A DNA stretch of 64,000 nucleotides from Alphaproteobacteria bacterium (GTDB lineage Bacteria > Pseudomonadota > Alphaproteobacteria > UBA8317): the NCBI GenBank assembly GCA_038131935.1, contig JAYPQH010000033.1, positions 10,528 through 74,527 on the forward strand, given 5' to 3'. Below are positions 34,421 to 44,271 of the stretch, in pieces. Positions within the stretch are counted from its first letter, which is position 1. Every line of letters starts with the position of its first letter. Below the pieces are notes generated by a model, which made no database searches, had not been told where the DNA came from, and worked only from the letters and a program-made list of their open reading frames with translations. Both the position numbers and the translations under genes were made by a program.

Positions 34421-35026
34421 TTATGATGAAAAGCTTTTTTTGATGCGCTGCAACATAAGTTCAAAGTCCGTTTGTGGGCTGAAGTGGGCAAGGTACTCAC
34501 CGTTTTTATCCATCAGGTAAACAAATGCCGAGTGATCTATAAGATATCCAGCATTACTGCCTGGGTCCTCAGCCTTGCTGTAAAACACACGAAAAGATGA
34601 AGCAGCATCCTTGATATTTTCAGGGGTACCCGTAAGACCTATGATGGCTGGATGGAAGGATTTAAGGTAAGACTGCATGGCCTGGGGCGTATCTCGGTCT
34701 GGGTCAACAGAGATTAAGATCGGATGAATTTTGTCAGCATCACGTCCTAATGCATCCAGCAATTGCCCTATTCTCATGAGCTCTGTGGGACAAACATCTG
34801 GACAATATGTAAAGCCAAAATAAACCAACATGGGTTTGCCATGGAAATCTTTTTGGGTAACCTTTTCACCCTCGACATTGACGAGATTGAATGATGCTGT
34901 GATGAGAGCTCGTCCTTGGTTTCCATCTTTTTGACCAGACAGGAAATTCGATATCATGGGCGTGGAAAACCATGCGAGGATACCTACCAATATAACCAGC
35001 GGGAGCAACAATCTCATGCGTGACAT
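34421..35026 (-). CDS. senC: SCO1/SenC-family copper chaperone
   Basis: FGFTYCPDVCPTEL (CxxxC) and IDHSAFVYLMD, with an N-terminal TM anchor. The start is uncertain (TTG 35041, ATG 35026 or ATG 35017). Confidence 0.85.
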   Translation of the reverse strand: MSRMRLLLPLVILVGILAWFSTPMISNFLSGQKDGNQGRALITASFNLVNVEGEKVTQKDFHGKPMLVYFGFTYCPDVCPTELMRIGQLLDALGRDADKIHPILISVDPDRDTPQAMQSYLKSFHPAIIGLTGTPENIKDAASSFRVFYSKAEDPGSNAGYLIDHSAFVYLMDKNGEYLAHFSPQTDFELMLQRIKKSFSS

Positions 35027-35125
35027 TAAAGAAATCCCCAAAACAGAAAAAAATAGCTTGATGATTTTGTACTATGACACAGCTTATAGTCATAGCAATC
35101 GGCAGTTTGAAGGGTACTGTACATA

Positions 35126-36406
35126 ATGCAGGAAGTTTCCCGAGGGGCAATTGTCGATGCCATTGTGGGTTTTAGGTGGGTAATGCTCCTGGGCCAGGCC
35201 ATGGCTATAGCAACAGGTGCGCTTGCCTTAGCTGAGCAAGATAACTTTGCAACTCTTTTGACTGTGCTACTTATTGGCCATCTGCCCACTTACTCGCTTG
35301 CTCTTTACCCAAGATGGTTTGTTCCATCCAACTGGCGGCTAGAACTGCTTTTTATTTATGATCTCATTCATAACGGTTTGATTATTTGGCTGGCGGGGGG
35401 AATTTTTAACCCCTTTCTTCTATTGATGATTGTACCTGTCACATCGGCAGCTATTGTCTGCAGACTTGGGTCTACATTTCGGTTGATGGGTTTTGCCGTT
35501 TTTTTGATCATCATTATTGGTATCGATAGTTACCACCGTTTGGCGAATAATTTTCAGAGTGATGTGCTTCTGACCTATATAAGCATGACGGGGATGGCAT
35601 TCATTCTTGCCATATGTTTTGCGAGCATCATTGCCTTCCGATTGACCCGAGAGGGTAAACGTTTAGAGACGGCAGCTGGCCTTTTACGTTCAATGCTTGA
35701 ACGCGAGCGTGGGGTCAGTGCTTTGGGAGCGCATGCAGCTGCAACTGCCCATGAACTTGGCTCTCCACTGTCAACGATTGCAATTATTGCGAGTGAACTG
35801 ACGAAGGATAAAAGGTTGCCAGACGATGTTGTTAATGACCTTACGGAGCTCCGTGATCAGACAAGACGATGTCGTGAGATATTGAGCGATTTGGCGCGTC
35901 GTGGGGAGGTACCAGATCAACAAGAATGTGAGTGGTTGCCTCTCAATGTTACAATAGATCGCGCGCTGCATCGTATCACGGACAGCGATAAAAAATGGTT
36001 GCGGGTGCAATATATGGAGAATGGGCGGCAGGTTGACCCAAGAATAGACCATGCTCCCTTCCTACCAGATTTGCCGGGCATAACACTGGCTTTTAAATCC
36101 CTGATAGAGAATGCTCTACGGTTTGGTCGTAACCGAGTCGACATTGTATGTTCTTGGTGTGATGATGAAGTTTCAATTGCCATTAGAGATGATGGGCCAG
36201 GCTTTGCGCGAGATGTTATTGAACGGCTTGGCGAACCTTTTGTCAAAGATCAATGGTCCAACGGTTTGGGTCTAGGTGTGTTTACAGCCCAAGCTCTGCT
36301 CACACGCTCTGGTGCAAAAATTTCGTTCCATAACCGTTCTGATCCAGGTGGTGCAGAGGTTTTTATCATGTGGGATCGCGGCGCAATGACGCAGTTAATG
36401 GCCTAA
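35126..36406 (+). CDS. regB: Redox-sensing histidine kinase RegB/PrrB/ActS
   Basis: Six N-terminal TM segments with the quinone-site GGxxNPF motif (AGGIFNPF). H-box HAAATAHELGSPLSTIAI. G-box GLGLGV. Confidence 0.85.
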   Translation: MQEVSRGAIVDAIVGFRWVMLLGQAMAIATGALALAEQDNFATLLTVLLIGHLPTYSLALYPRWFVPSNWRLELLFIYDLIHNGLIIWLAGGIFNPFLLLMIVPVTSAAIVCRLGSTFRLMGFAVFLIIIIGIDSYHRLANNFQSDVLLTYISMTGMAFILAICFASIIAFRLTREGKRLETAAGLLRSMLERERGVSALGAHAAATAHELGSPLSTIAIIASELTKDKRLPDDVVNDLTELRDQTRRCREILSDLARRGEVPDQQECEWLPLNVTIDRALHRITDSDKKWLRVQYMENGRQVDPRIDHAPFLPDLPGITLAFKSLIENALRFGRNRVDIVCSWCDDEVSIAIRDDGPGFARDVIERLGEPFVKDQWSNGLGLGVFTAQALLTRSGAKISFHNRSDPGGAEVFIMWDRGAMTQLMA

Positions 36407-36477
36407 ATTGGTAAAATCGCTTGCTTTTAAGCAGCTTCGAACGATCTTTTAGGTGAGGTGATAGATAGGAGTATCAT

Positions 36478-37029
36478 ATGGGCATACAACTCAAGGCGCC
36501 TAATCAAGATAATGTTGTCGTTGTTGTTGATGACGAAATATCTTTTGCTAACCGTATGGGTCGCGCTCTTGAGCGTATTGGATTTCAAGTTGAAGTTGCT
36601 GGAAATACCCAAGATGCACGGGGCATAATTGAGAGCAAAACACCCAAATATGCTGTGTTTGACATGCGGCTTCCTGATGGAAATGGATTAGACTTGGTGA
36701 AGCAGCTGAATGAGCGAAGGCCAGATGCATCTATTGTTGTATTAACGGGCTTTGGTAATCTGACAACAGCTGTAACATCCGTTAAATTGGGAGCTAAAGA
36801 TTATCTTGCCAAACCATCTGATGCTGATGATGTTGCGCGGGTATTACTTAGCCAAACCGATGAGCTCCCAGAGCCACCTGAACAACCAATGTCTGCCGAT
36901 CGTGTTCGTTGGGAACATATTCAGAGGGTTTTTGAGCAATGTAACCGAAACGTGTCTGAAACAGCACGACGGTTAGCCATGCACCGTCGTACCTTACAGC
37001 GGATATTGGCGAAGAGAAGTCCACGTTAA
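36478..37029 (+). CDS. regA: Response regulator RegA/PrrA/ActR
   Basis: Receiver motifs VVVVDDE and VFDMRLPDGNG. Highly conserved HTH NVSETARRLAMHRRTLQRILAKRSPR. Confidence 0.9.
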   Translation: MGIQLKAPNQDNVVVVVDDEISFANRMGRALERIGFQVEVAGNTQDARGIIESKTPKYAVFDMRLPDGNGLDLVKQLNERRPDASIVVLTGFGNLTTAVTSVKLGAKDYLAKPSDADDVARVLLSQTDELPEPPEQPMSADRVRWEHIQRVFEQCNRNVSETARRLAMHRRTLQRILAKRSPR

Positions 37030-37037
37030 GCACAACA

Positions 37038-38201
37038 CTATTTTTCGTGGCCAATCGCTAACGATTCTAAAAGAACAGGTATGTTTTTCTTCACCTGGAA
37101 AAAACCCTTTTTACAATAGGGCCAAACCAACTGGTCATATACCCTCGCGGGTTGTAGGAAATTGGTTTGTTCAGACTGTATCTCAGAATTCATCTTATCA
37201 AAAAATGTCCCAACGGGGCCTACAAATGGACGTGGAATAATCCAAGGTTTTGGTGCACCAATAAGATGTTCCAAAAGTTCAGATGGGGCTATAACCTCGC
37301 CACCTTTTTCTGAAGCCATGTCTTGGCTAGATTGTTGCGCAAAATCGAGAACTTTATGCGACATATGCTGGGCACGATGGGCGGCAAGGCTGACAACAAA
37401 AGTTCTCGCTGGTTGGCACAAATTCTGCCAATATTGATCACCGTCGAAATCATCGTCATGAAGAATTAATGTACCACCAGGACGAATGGTTTCATGGGAT
37501 TCCAACAAGGGGTTTATTGCAGGTGGATGTGGTAGCGTTTGAAGTGGCTCGGCGACTTCATTAAGAAGATGACCAGGGTCATGCCGACCGTCTGTGTACC
37601 GCAAAATATTATCCCGTCGGGCTACATAATTTTTGCCAATGGTGTGCAATCCTCCTACCCAACGCCAAGATAAGGTATTGGATGCGGTGTCGCCATCTAA
37701 AAGATTTTCCATGAATAATCGCGCACCTAATTGCCATGGAAGGCCCAATGTGAATATCCAAATGCTCGCAAACCACATACGTGCGTGATTATGAAGATAT
37801 CCAGTATCACGAAGTTCTTGGAGCCAATAACGCATACAATCTGGTCCAAGCTTTTTCTCATTCAGATCAAGTAAAGCAAAGATATCACCTTGTTGTTTCG
37901 CCAAGTAAGTTGTGAGGTCATGCCAAACCCAAGGTCTATGTTCTAACCAACCTCGAAAATAGCCACGCCAAAATACTTCTTGAATAAACTTTTCTGCCTG
38001 GGCGTCTGTATGATGATGCAGGATTTCTGAGAGAACTTCTGTTTCTGTAACAATTCTGCCCCGAAGATAAGGTGAAAGTTGGGAGACATAATGATGCTGC
38101 TCTGGGCCAAAATCAAAATTTCTTTTTTGTTCGTAAGAAAGCCCTGCCCTTGGTGCAAATGATTTCAAATGGTTAAGGGCATTTGTACGAACGGTTGCCA
38201 T
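37038..38201 (-). CDS. Cryptochrome/photolyase-family FAD-binding-domain protein with atypical domain order
   Basis: FAD-binding helical-domain motifs sit at the N-terminus (VSQLSPYLRGR, FWRGYF, YLHNHARMWFASIW, DGDTASNTLSWRWVGG). An AAGGAG Shine-Dalgarno precedes ATG 38201. Confidence 0.6.
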   Translation of the reverse strand: MATVRTNALNHLKSFAPRAGLSYEQKRNFDFGPEQHHYVSQLSPYLRGRIVTETEVLSEILHHHTDAQAEKFIQEVFWRGYFRGWLEHRPWVWHDLTTYLAKQQGDIFALLDLNEKKLGPDCMRYWLQELRDTGYLHNHARMWFASIWIFTLGLPWQLGARLFMENLLDGDTASNTLSWRWVGGLHTIGKNYVARRDNILRYTDGRHDPGHLLNEVAEPLQTLPHPPAINPLLESHETIRPGGTLILHDDDFDGDQYWQNLCQPARTFVVSLAAHRAQHMSHKVLDFAQQSSQDMASEKGGEVIAPSELLEHLIGAPKPWIIPRPFVGPVGTFFDKMNSEIQSEQTNFLQPARVYDQLVWPYCKKGFFQVKKNIPVLLESLAIGHEK

Positions 38202-38276
38202 GATCTCTCTCCTTATGGATTTGATCACAATTAATTCCGTTTACCAATAAAACCAGCATATTGCGTATTTTAATTT

Positions 38277-39341
38277 TTATTTCATGTCAGGGATAAAAAA
38301 CTTTGCCTCTAAAATTTTACGAGCCGTTCGTAGCAAATTGGCGCGTCGGACAACCAAACCTTGATCATCTTCCTCACAATGAACCTCAATTCCAATTTTG
38401 CCAGCTGGATGATGGATTTCTACCTGATGGTGGCCTGCGTTCCATGGATATGTACAAGCCACGGTTCCTTCCGTTGTCATCGCTGTTGCCACACCCACAG
38501 CACCGGTAATGGCATGCGATGTATGGCATTTATGGGGTGTAAAATAACGAGACTGAATATGATGAACATCATCAAGATGCGAGACCAACACAGGTTTAGG
38601 TATCACCAGATGGGTAACGTCACCAAGACCCATCCGCTTGCCAGCTTCAAGACGAATTTTTTCGCGTAAGCTCACAAATTGCTCATGGTTATCAAGTTCA
38701 TGGGGCTTTTCATTTCCCAAAAAACCAAGTTGATCCGCCCGCATCATCACCAAAGGCATAGCAGCATCTATACATGTCACATCTATACCCTGGATCACTT
38801 CTTGTCTGTGTCCCGTTGGAAACAAATGCCCCGTGACCCCACCAAAAGCATCGTGAAAGCTCAATCTAATAGGAGATGCGGGATTTTTTACACCATCAAT
38901 ATGGGTTAGACCGTCATAAACTGGAACGCCTTTGGGGGTTTGAATGGTTGCATCTATGCGGCTTTTTGTATTGACATTGTGAATGCGCACAACTGTTTCA
39001 CAATCTGTTGCAGGAACAAGTCCTTGTTCGATGGCAAAGGGACCAACGCCGCTTAACATGTTACCACAATTGGGTTTGCTGTCAGCAATCGCTTTTGTTG
39101 GATCTATTTGGACAAATAAGTAATCAACATCGCAGTCTCCTCTCGTTGAAGGTGAGACAATAGCCACTTTACTGGTAAGCGTTGTACCACCGCCTACACC
39201 TTCCAGCTGAAGAGGATCATGTGAACCTATGGCGTGAATGAGAATATGATCCCTTTGATCTTGATCAATGGGAAGATCTCTACCTAAAAAAAACAGCCCT
39301 CGTGATGTTCCCGCGCGCATCATGGTTGCATTTATGGTCAT
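38277..39341 (-). CDS. PrpF / 4-oxalomesaconate tautomerase family isomerase
   Basis: Motifs MMRAGTSRGLFF, CGNMLSGVGPFA and AITGAVGVATA. A GAGGTGG Shine-Dalgarno precedes ATG 39341. Confidence 0.75.
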   Translation of the reverse strand: MTINATMMRAGTSRGLFFLGRDLPIDQDQRDHILIHAIGSHDPLQLEGVGGGTTLTSKVAIVSPSTRGDCDVDYLFVQIDPTKAIADSKPNCGNMLSGVGPFAIEQGLVPATDCETVVRIHNVNTKSRIDATIQTPKGVPVYDGLTHIDGVKNPASPIRLSFHDAFGGVTGHLFPTGHRQEVIQGIDVTCIDAAMPLVMMRADQLGFLGNEKPHELDNHEQFVSLREKIRLEAGKRMGLGDVTHLVIPKPVLVSHLDDVHHIQSRYFTPHKCHTSHAITGAVGVATAMTTEGTVACTYPWNAGHHQVEIHHPAGKIGIEVHCEEDDQGLVVRRANLLRTARKILEAKFFIPDMK

Positions 39342-39563
39342 CTTTTCCACCTCTTGATCCATCTATCTCATGTTCAGCCATAACTTCGGAAAGCTGTCAA
39401 ATGATGCTCAAAGAATTTTTTGCTTAAACGAGAAGAAATCAAATTTTTTCAAAAGATATTGTAATATGATGATTTCCATGGAGTTCGAGCGTTTTTTCCC
39501 CCGACGAATATGTGAAAGAAAATAGCGTTGCCAATCAATGAATGGTGATGTCATAAAGTCGCT

Positions 39564-40277
39564 ATGGAACAGGTTATTCTTCTTGCCGTATTTTCATCAA
39601 TTACCTCCCTGGTCACTGCAGTAGCTGGGCTGGGAGGGGGTGTTCTCCTGTTGGCATTAATGGCACAGCTGTTGAACCCTATGTTGTTGATACCTTTGCA
39701 CGGAATTGCACAGTTTTTTTCTAACTTTAACCGTGGTCTGGTGCATCGCCATCAACTCCAATGGCGTTATCTCATACCTTTTATGGTAGGCTCAGCAGCA
39801 GGTGCGTTCGCCTTTTTGCCTCTTGTGGTCATGGTAGATGATCGCTGGGGTGGGCTTGCCTTGGGGATATTTATCCTCATTGCAACATGGCGTCCCCATT
39901 GGTTGAAATTGCAAAAAATGCCCGCCCTCATCGGGGGAGCTATTACAAGTGGCTTAGGTGTTTTGTTCGGTGCTTCTGGTCCTTTGGCCATGTCTGCACA
40001 CCCAAAGGAGACTTGGAACAAATTACAAATTGTTGGTAACCACGGGGCAGCAATGGCGTTCCAACATGGCATTAAAGTGGTGGCTTACATGGTTGGAGGG
40101 GTTCAATTATGGGGCTATATCCCTGAGATCATCGCTTTGTTTGTGGGGGCTTGGCTGGGAACATGGGTGGGCACGTTGGTGCTTCACAAATTGACAGATG
40201 ACCGATTTAAAACCTTACTAAATATCGTACTAACGGTTCTTGCTCTGCGTTTGGTTATTATCCATTTGTTTCCGTAA
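39564..40277 (+). CDS. TauE/SafE (TSUP) family anion exporter
   Basis: 237 aa, polytopic, with GLGGGVLLL and a repeated half-structure. Confidence 0.8.
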   Translation: MEQVILLAVFSSITSLVTAVAGLGGGVLLLALMAQLLNPMLLIPLHGIAQFFSNFNRGLVHRHQLQWRYLIPFMVGSAAGAFAFLPLVVMVDDRWGGLALGIFILIATWRPHWLKLQKMPALIGGAITSGLGVLFGASGPLAMSAHPKETWNKLQIVGNHGAAMAFQHGIKVVAYMVGGVQLWGYIPEIIALFVGAWLGTWVGTLVLHKLTDDRFKTLLNIVLTVLALRLVIIHLFP

Positions 40278-40323
40278 ATGAGGTTAAGACTTCAGACATG
40301 ACCGAACATAAACCCAATAGGGC

Positions 40324-40545
40324 TCAGTTGTCGCTGCGTTGGATACGGCTACAGATAATACGGGAAATGGGAAGCATCATTACAGCCGTTAAGCCACCGG
40401 ATGACATAGCAAGAAGCCAGTGAATTAAGAATGCATAGCCAAAATGCATGTTTGCTGTTGTTTCCATCGCGATGGTGATGCCACCTGCCGCAGCACAGGT
40501 TGTTGTCAATCCCATGCAGAGGCCCCGAACCATGGTGGGGCTCAT
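40324..40545 (-). CDS. Small two-helix membrane protein, hypothetical
   Basis: 73-aa ORF with a GGAGG Shine-Dalgarno 8 nt upstream of the ATG and two hydrophobic segments. I recognise no family with confidence. Confidence 0.35.
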   Translation of the reverse strand: MSPTMVRGLCMGLTTTCAAAGGITIAMETTANMHFGYAFLIHWLLAMSSGGLTAVMMLPISRIICSRIQRSDN

Positions 40546-40610
40546 AAGTCTACCTCCAGTCTTCCTTCATATGAAGACTAGCATAAAAATCCATCATTTG
40601 TCCTGCGACT

Positions 40611-41279
40611 TTAAGGGGATGAGGCGCCATGTCTCGTTTGCTGACCATAATGACCAAATTTGTCTAATACTTCTGACATTTGTTTTTGTGTGAGAAGAGG
40701 AACATTTTTGTGTAATGAACGCAGCTGAAAATAACATTGAGCAAGTTCTTCGATCAATTCTGCACGCTCGTAGGCCAATTGAGGACTTTGCGCACATGCA
40801 ATCACTCCATGATGTTGCATGAGGCAACCATGATATTCTTGTCCAATTGTTTCGATAATGTGATTGGCCAATTCCTCTGTTCCAAATAATGCATAGGGTG
40901 CACAAGGAATCTTATCACCTCCTAAGGCTGCTACCATATAGTGAAATGCTGGTATGGGTAGACTGGCACAAGCTAAGCTGGTTGCATAAGAGGAATGTGT
41001 ATGCACAATACATTGAACATCTGAACGGGCTGCATACAAGCGAAGATGAAAAAGCCATTCTGATGATGGAAGCCAGGATGTATCTGCCACCTGGCCATCT
41101 TGTTGGACTTTGACAATCTTAGAGGCGTTCAGCTCGGACGCTGCAACGCCTGTTGGGGTTATATACATACCATCAGTGGTTCTTATTGAAATATTTCCAG
41201 AACGACCTGCGCTCAGACCCTCTCGGGACATTCTCTGAGCTAGTTCGATAACTTGTTTCACTGCCTGCGAAATCGCCAT
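40611..41279 (-). CDS. Class II aldolase/adducin family protein
   Basis: GRSGNISIR and the metal ligand region HTHSSYAT. 222 aa. Confidence 0.8.
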   Translation of the reverse strand: MAISQAVKQVIELAQRMSREGLSAGRSGNISIRTTDGMYITPTGVAASELNASKIVKVQQDGQVADTSWLPSSEWLFHLRLYAARSDVQCIVHTHSSYATSLACASLPIPAFHYMVAALGGDKIPCAPYALFGTEELANHIIETIGQEYHGCLMQHHGVIACAQSPQLAYERAELIEELAQCYFQLRSLHKNVPLLTQKQMSEVLDKFGHYGQQTRHGASSP

Positions 41280-41372
41280 CCGTGTACACCCCTCAAAACC
41301 ATCTTTTTTATCCTTACAATTTGCTCTACACCAGAGAACGTCACATGAACATATTCTGGAGAGGATGAAGTT

Positions 41373-42218
41373 ATGAAATTAGGACGACTGGGCCCTATCG
41401 GTCAGGAAAAACCAGCAATTATGGATGCAGAAGGTAATTGGCGGGACTTATCGAGCCATATTTCTGATATCACACCAGCAACATTAGCCGATGGAGCTCT
41501 GGAAAAAATCAGATCTCTTAACCTAGAGGAATTACCGTTAGCAGATCAAAATCAACGCGTGGGTGCATGTGTAGGTGATATCCATAATTTTATTTGTATT
41601 GGTCTGAATTACGCACAACATGCCGCAGAAACAGGTGCAGATATCCCAAAAGAGCCTATCGTGTTCAACAAAACAACATCTGCCGTTTGCGGTCCTAATG
41701 ATCATATTATCATTCCAAGAAATTCGATCCATACGGATTGGGAGACAGAATTAGGGGTGGTTATTGGTAAGAGAGCCCATTATGTCTCTGAAGAGGATGC
41801 CCTGGACTATGTGGCTGGTTATTGTGTCATCAATGATGTTTCGGAACGCACCTTCCAAAAAGACCGTGGTGGTCAGTGGACAAAGGGTAAGTCATCTGAA
41901 AACTTTGGCCCAACAGGGCCTTGGCTGGTAACAGCTGACGAAGTGTCTGATCCACAAAACCTAAATCTCTGGTTGAAGGTTAATGGCCAAATGATGCAGA
42001 ACAATTCAACATCAGATATGATTTTCAATCTTCGACAAATTATCGCTCACCTGACCGAATTTATGGTTCTTAGCCCAGGCGATGTGATTGCAACGGGAAC
42101 ACCAGAGGGCGTTGGTTCTGGCATGAATCCACCAGTATACCTCAAGCCAGGTGATGTCGTTGAGTTAGGCGTTGAAGGTCTAGGTGTACAGCGCCAAGAA
42201 GTGGTTGCTGCATCTTAA
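41373..42218 (+). CDS. Fumarylacetoacetate hydrolase (FAH) family protein
   Basis: Motifs GLNYAQHAAE, ELGVVIGK and GDVIATGTPEGVG. Confidence 0.85.
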   Translation: MKLGRLGPIGQEKPAIMDAEGNWRDLSSHISDITPATLADGALEKIRSLNLEELPLADQNQRVGACVGDIHNFICIGLNYAQHAAETGADIPKEPIVFNKTTSAVCGPNDHIIIPRNSIHTDWETELGVVIGKRAHYVSEEDALDYVAGYCVINDVSERTFQKDRGGQWTKGKSSENFGPTGPWLVTADEVSDPQNLNLWLKVNGQMMQNNSTSDMIFNLRQIIAHLTEFMVLSPGDVIATGTPEGVGSGMNPPVYLKPGDVVELGVEGLGVQRQEVVAAS

Positions 42219-42245
42219 GTTTCCACTGATTTTTTTACGACTCCT

Positions 42246-42279
42246 GAGCCCCCTGATATCATGTCGGGGGGCTTTTTTG
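42246..42279 (+). terminator. Rho-independent terminator after the FAH-family gene
   Basis: GC-rich stem AGCCCCC/GGGGGCT with a 13-nt loop, followed by T6. Confidence 0.75.
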
Positions 42280-42342
42280 ATGCCCTTTTCAAGAGGGCAT
42301 GTGATAGGTCATGATGGGTATGTCATAGTGATGGGGGAAAAT

Positions 42343-43791
42343 ATGTTATCTGTTCAAGAGCTCAAAAAAGAAGCCAACTTTATTGCTGGTTCCTGGATAA
42401 ATGCTGACAATGGTGAAGTTCTTGAGGTCACCAATAAGGCAACAGGTGATGTGATTGGCACCATTCCAAAAGTAGGGGCCCTTGAAACACGTCGTGCAAT
42501 CGATGCTGCGCACAGCGCTTTCTCGACTTTTTCAAAATTGACTGCAGCAGAGCGTGCTGAGATGCTCCATAAGATGGCCTCACTCGTCCGCGAAAATGCT
42601 GACGATTTGGCCCATTTGCTTACCCTTGAACAAGGAAAACCTTTGGCCGAAGCAAAAGGGGAAGTCATGATTGGTGCTGCGTATATTCAATGGTATGCTG
42701 AAGAAGCACGCAGACTTTATGGAGAAATGATCCCATCGCCTTGGTCTGACAGACGTATTCTTGTCGCGCGCGAGCCTGTTGGTGTGTTTGCGGCGATTAC
42801 ACCATGGAATTTCCCATTTTCGATGATTGCAAGAAAAATGGGTGCAGGTTTGGCTGTGGGTTGTACTTGTGTCATCAAGCCATCTGAATTTACCCCATAT
42901 ACAGGCCTTGTTTGGGGCGTTTTGGCAAAAGAGGCGGGAATCCCTGATGGTGTGGTTAATATTGTTACGGGGGATCCCGCTGCCATTGGTGAGGAAATGA
43001 CGTCCCATCCGGATGTTCGTAAAATCACATTCACGGGATCAACAAGGGTTGGAAAAATGCTGGCAGAGCGTGCTGGTAAGGCGATGAAAAGATATTCCAT
43101 GGAATTGGGTGGTAACGCCCCTTTCTTGGTATTTGATGATGCTGATCTTGATGCCGCTGTTGAAGGCGCTTTGGCAGCGAAATACCGTAACGCCGGACAA
43201 ACCTGTGTCTGTACAAATAGATTTTACATACAGGCTGGCATTTATGATGAATTTGCAGAGCGTTTAGCGGCGAAAGTAGCGCAGTTAAAAGTTGCGGATG
43301 GTTTCACCCCGGGAGCTGCTCAGGGACCGCTTATCAATCAAAACGCTTTAGCAAAGGTTGAAGCGCATGTTGCTGATGCGTTGAAAAAAGGTGGGACACT
43401 TATGACTGGTGGATCACCACATGAGCTGGGTGGAACGTTCTATCAACCCACGGTGATCCGAGACGGGCATCAGGAAATGACCATTGCGCATGAAGAAACA
43501 TTCGGGCCGCTTGCTGTTTTGATAAAATTTGAAACTGAAGAAGAGGTGGTACGCTTTGCCAATAATACGGAGTATGGATTGGCGGCCTATTTTTACACCA
43601 AAGATCTTGGCAGAACTTTTAGGGTTTCATCGGCTTTAGAATATGGGATGATAGGCGTTAATGCTGGTATCATCACCACTGAGGTGGCTCCATTTGGTGG
43701 TGTGAAAGACTCTGGACAGGGTCGAGAAGGTGCACGCCATGGTCTGGATGACTATGTGAATATAAAATATCTTAGCATTGCTGGAATTTAA
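42343..43791 (+). CDS. gabD: NAD(P)-dependent succinate-semialdehyde dehydrogenase
   Basis: Aldehyde dehydrogenase motifs FTGSTRVGK, ELGGNAP and catalytic Cys GQTCVC. I trimmed the start to ATG 42343, after the terminator. Confidence 0.85.
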   Translation: MLSVQELKKEANFIAGSWINADNGEVLEVTNKATGDVIGTIPKVGALETRRAIDAAHSAFSTFSKLTAAERAEMLHKMASLVRENADDLAHLLTLEQGKPLAEAKGEVMIGAAYIQWYAEEARRLYGEMIPSPWSDRRILVAREPVGVFAAITPWNFPFSMIARKMGAGLAVGCTCVIKPSEFTPYTGLVWGVLAKEAGIPDGVVNIVTGDPAAIGEEMTSHPDVRKITFTGSTRVGKMLAERAGKAMKRYSMELGGNAPFLVFDDADLDAAVEGALAAKYRNAGQTCVCTNRFYIQAGIYDEFAERLAAKVAQLKVADGFTPGAAQGPLINQNALAKVEAHVADALKKGGTLMTGGSPHELGGTFYQPTVIRDGHQEMTIAHEETFGPLAVLIKFETEEEVVRFANNTEYGLAAYFYTKDLGRTFRVSSALEYGMIGVNAGIITTEVAPFGGVKDSGQGREGARHGLDDYVNIKYLSIAGI

Positions 43792-43795
43792 AGCC

Positions 43796-44271
43796 ATGGC
43801 TTCCTCAGATAAGAAATCATCACGTCCACAACCTCATCCTAGGTCTTATTATCCCTTCATGCTCTCCATGACGACGCGCTGGAATGACCAAGATATTTAT
43901 GGCCATATGAACAATATGATTTATGGTGAGATGTTTGACACGGTGGTAAACCGTTTGCTGATTGATGGGGGTGTTCTGGACTTTAAGACATCCCCACGAA
44001 TTGGCCTCGTGGTGTCAAGTTCTTATCAATTTTTTGAAGGTGTGAATTATCCTGAAACCTTGATGTAGGTGTAGGCATTCACCATATGGGAACGTCCTCT
44101 GTTGGCTATAGCTTTGCTTTGTTTCGTGCACAAGCAAGCCATGCGGCTGCACAGGGGCAATACACACATGTGTTTGTGGAACGAGCAACGCATAAACCTA
44201 CTCCTATTTGGCCTGAGTTAAAATCACTTTTGGTTTCAAATTGGATACAAGATGGATCCCAATGCCCATGA
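43796..44271 (+). pseudogene. Hotdog-fold acyl-CoA thioesterase (4HBT/YbgC-like), frameshifted
   Basis: N-part RWNDQDIYGHMNNMIYGEMFD ends at TAG 44066-44068. The continuation DVGVGIHHMGTSSVGYSFALF...HVFVE is in the -1 frame. The junction is at CC 44058-44059. Confidence 0.7.
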
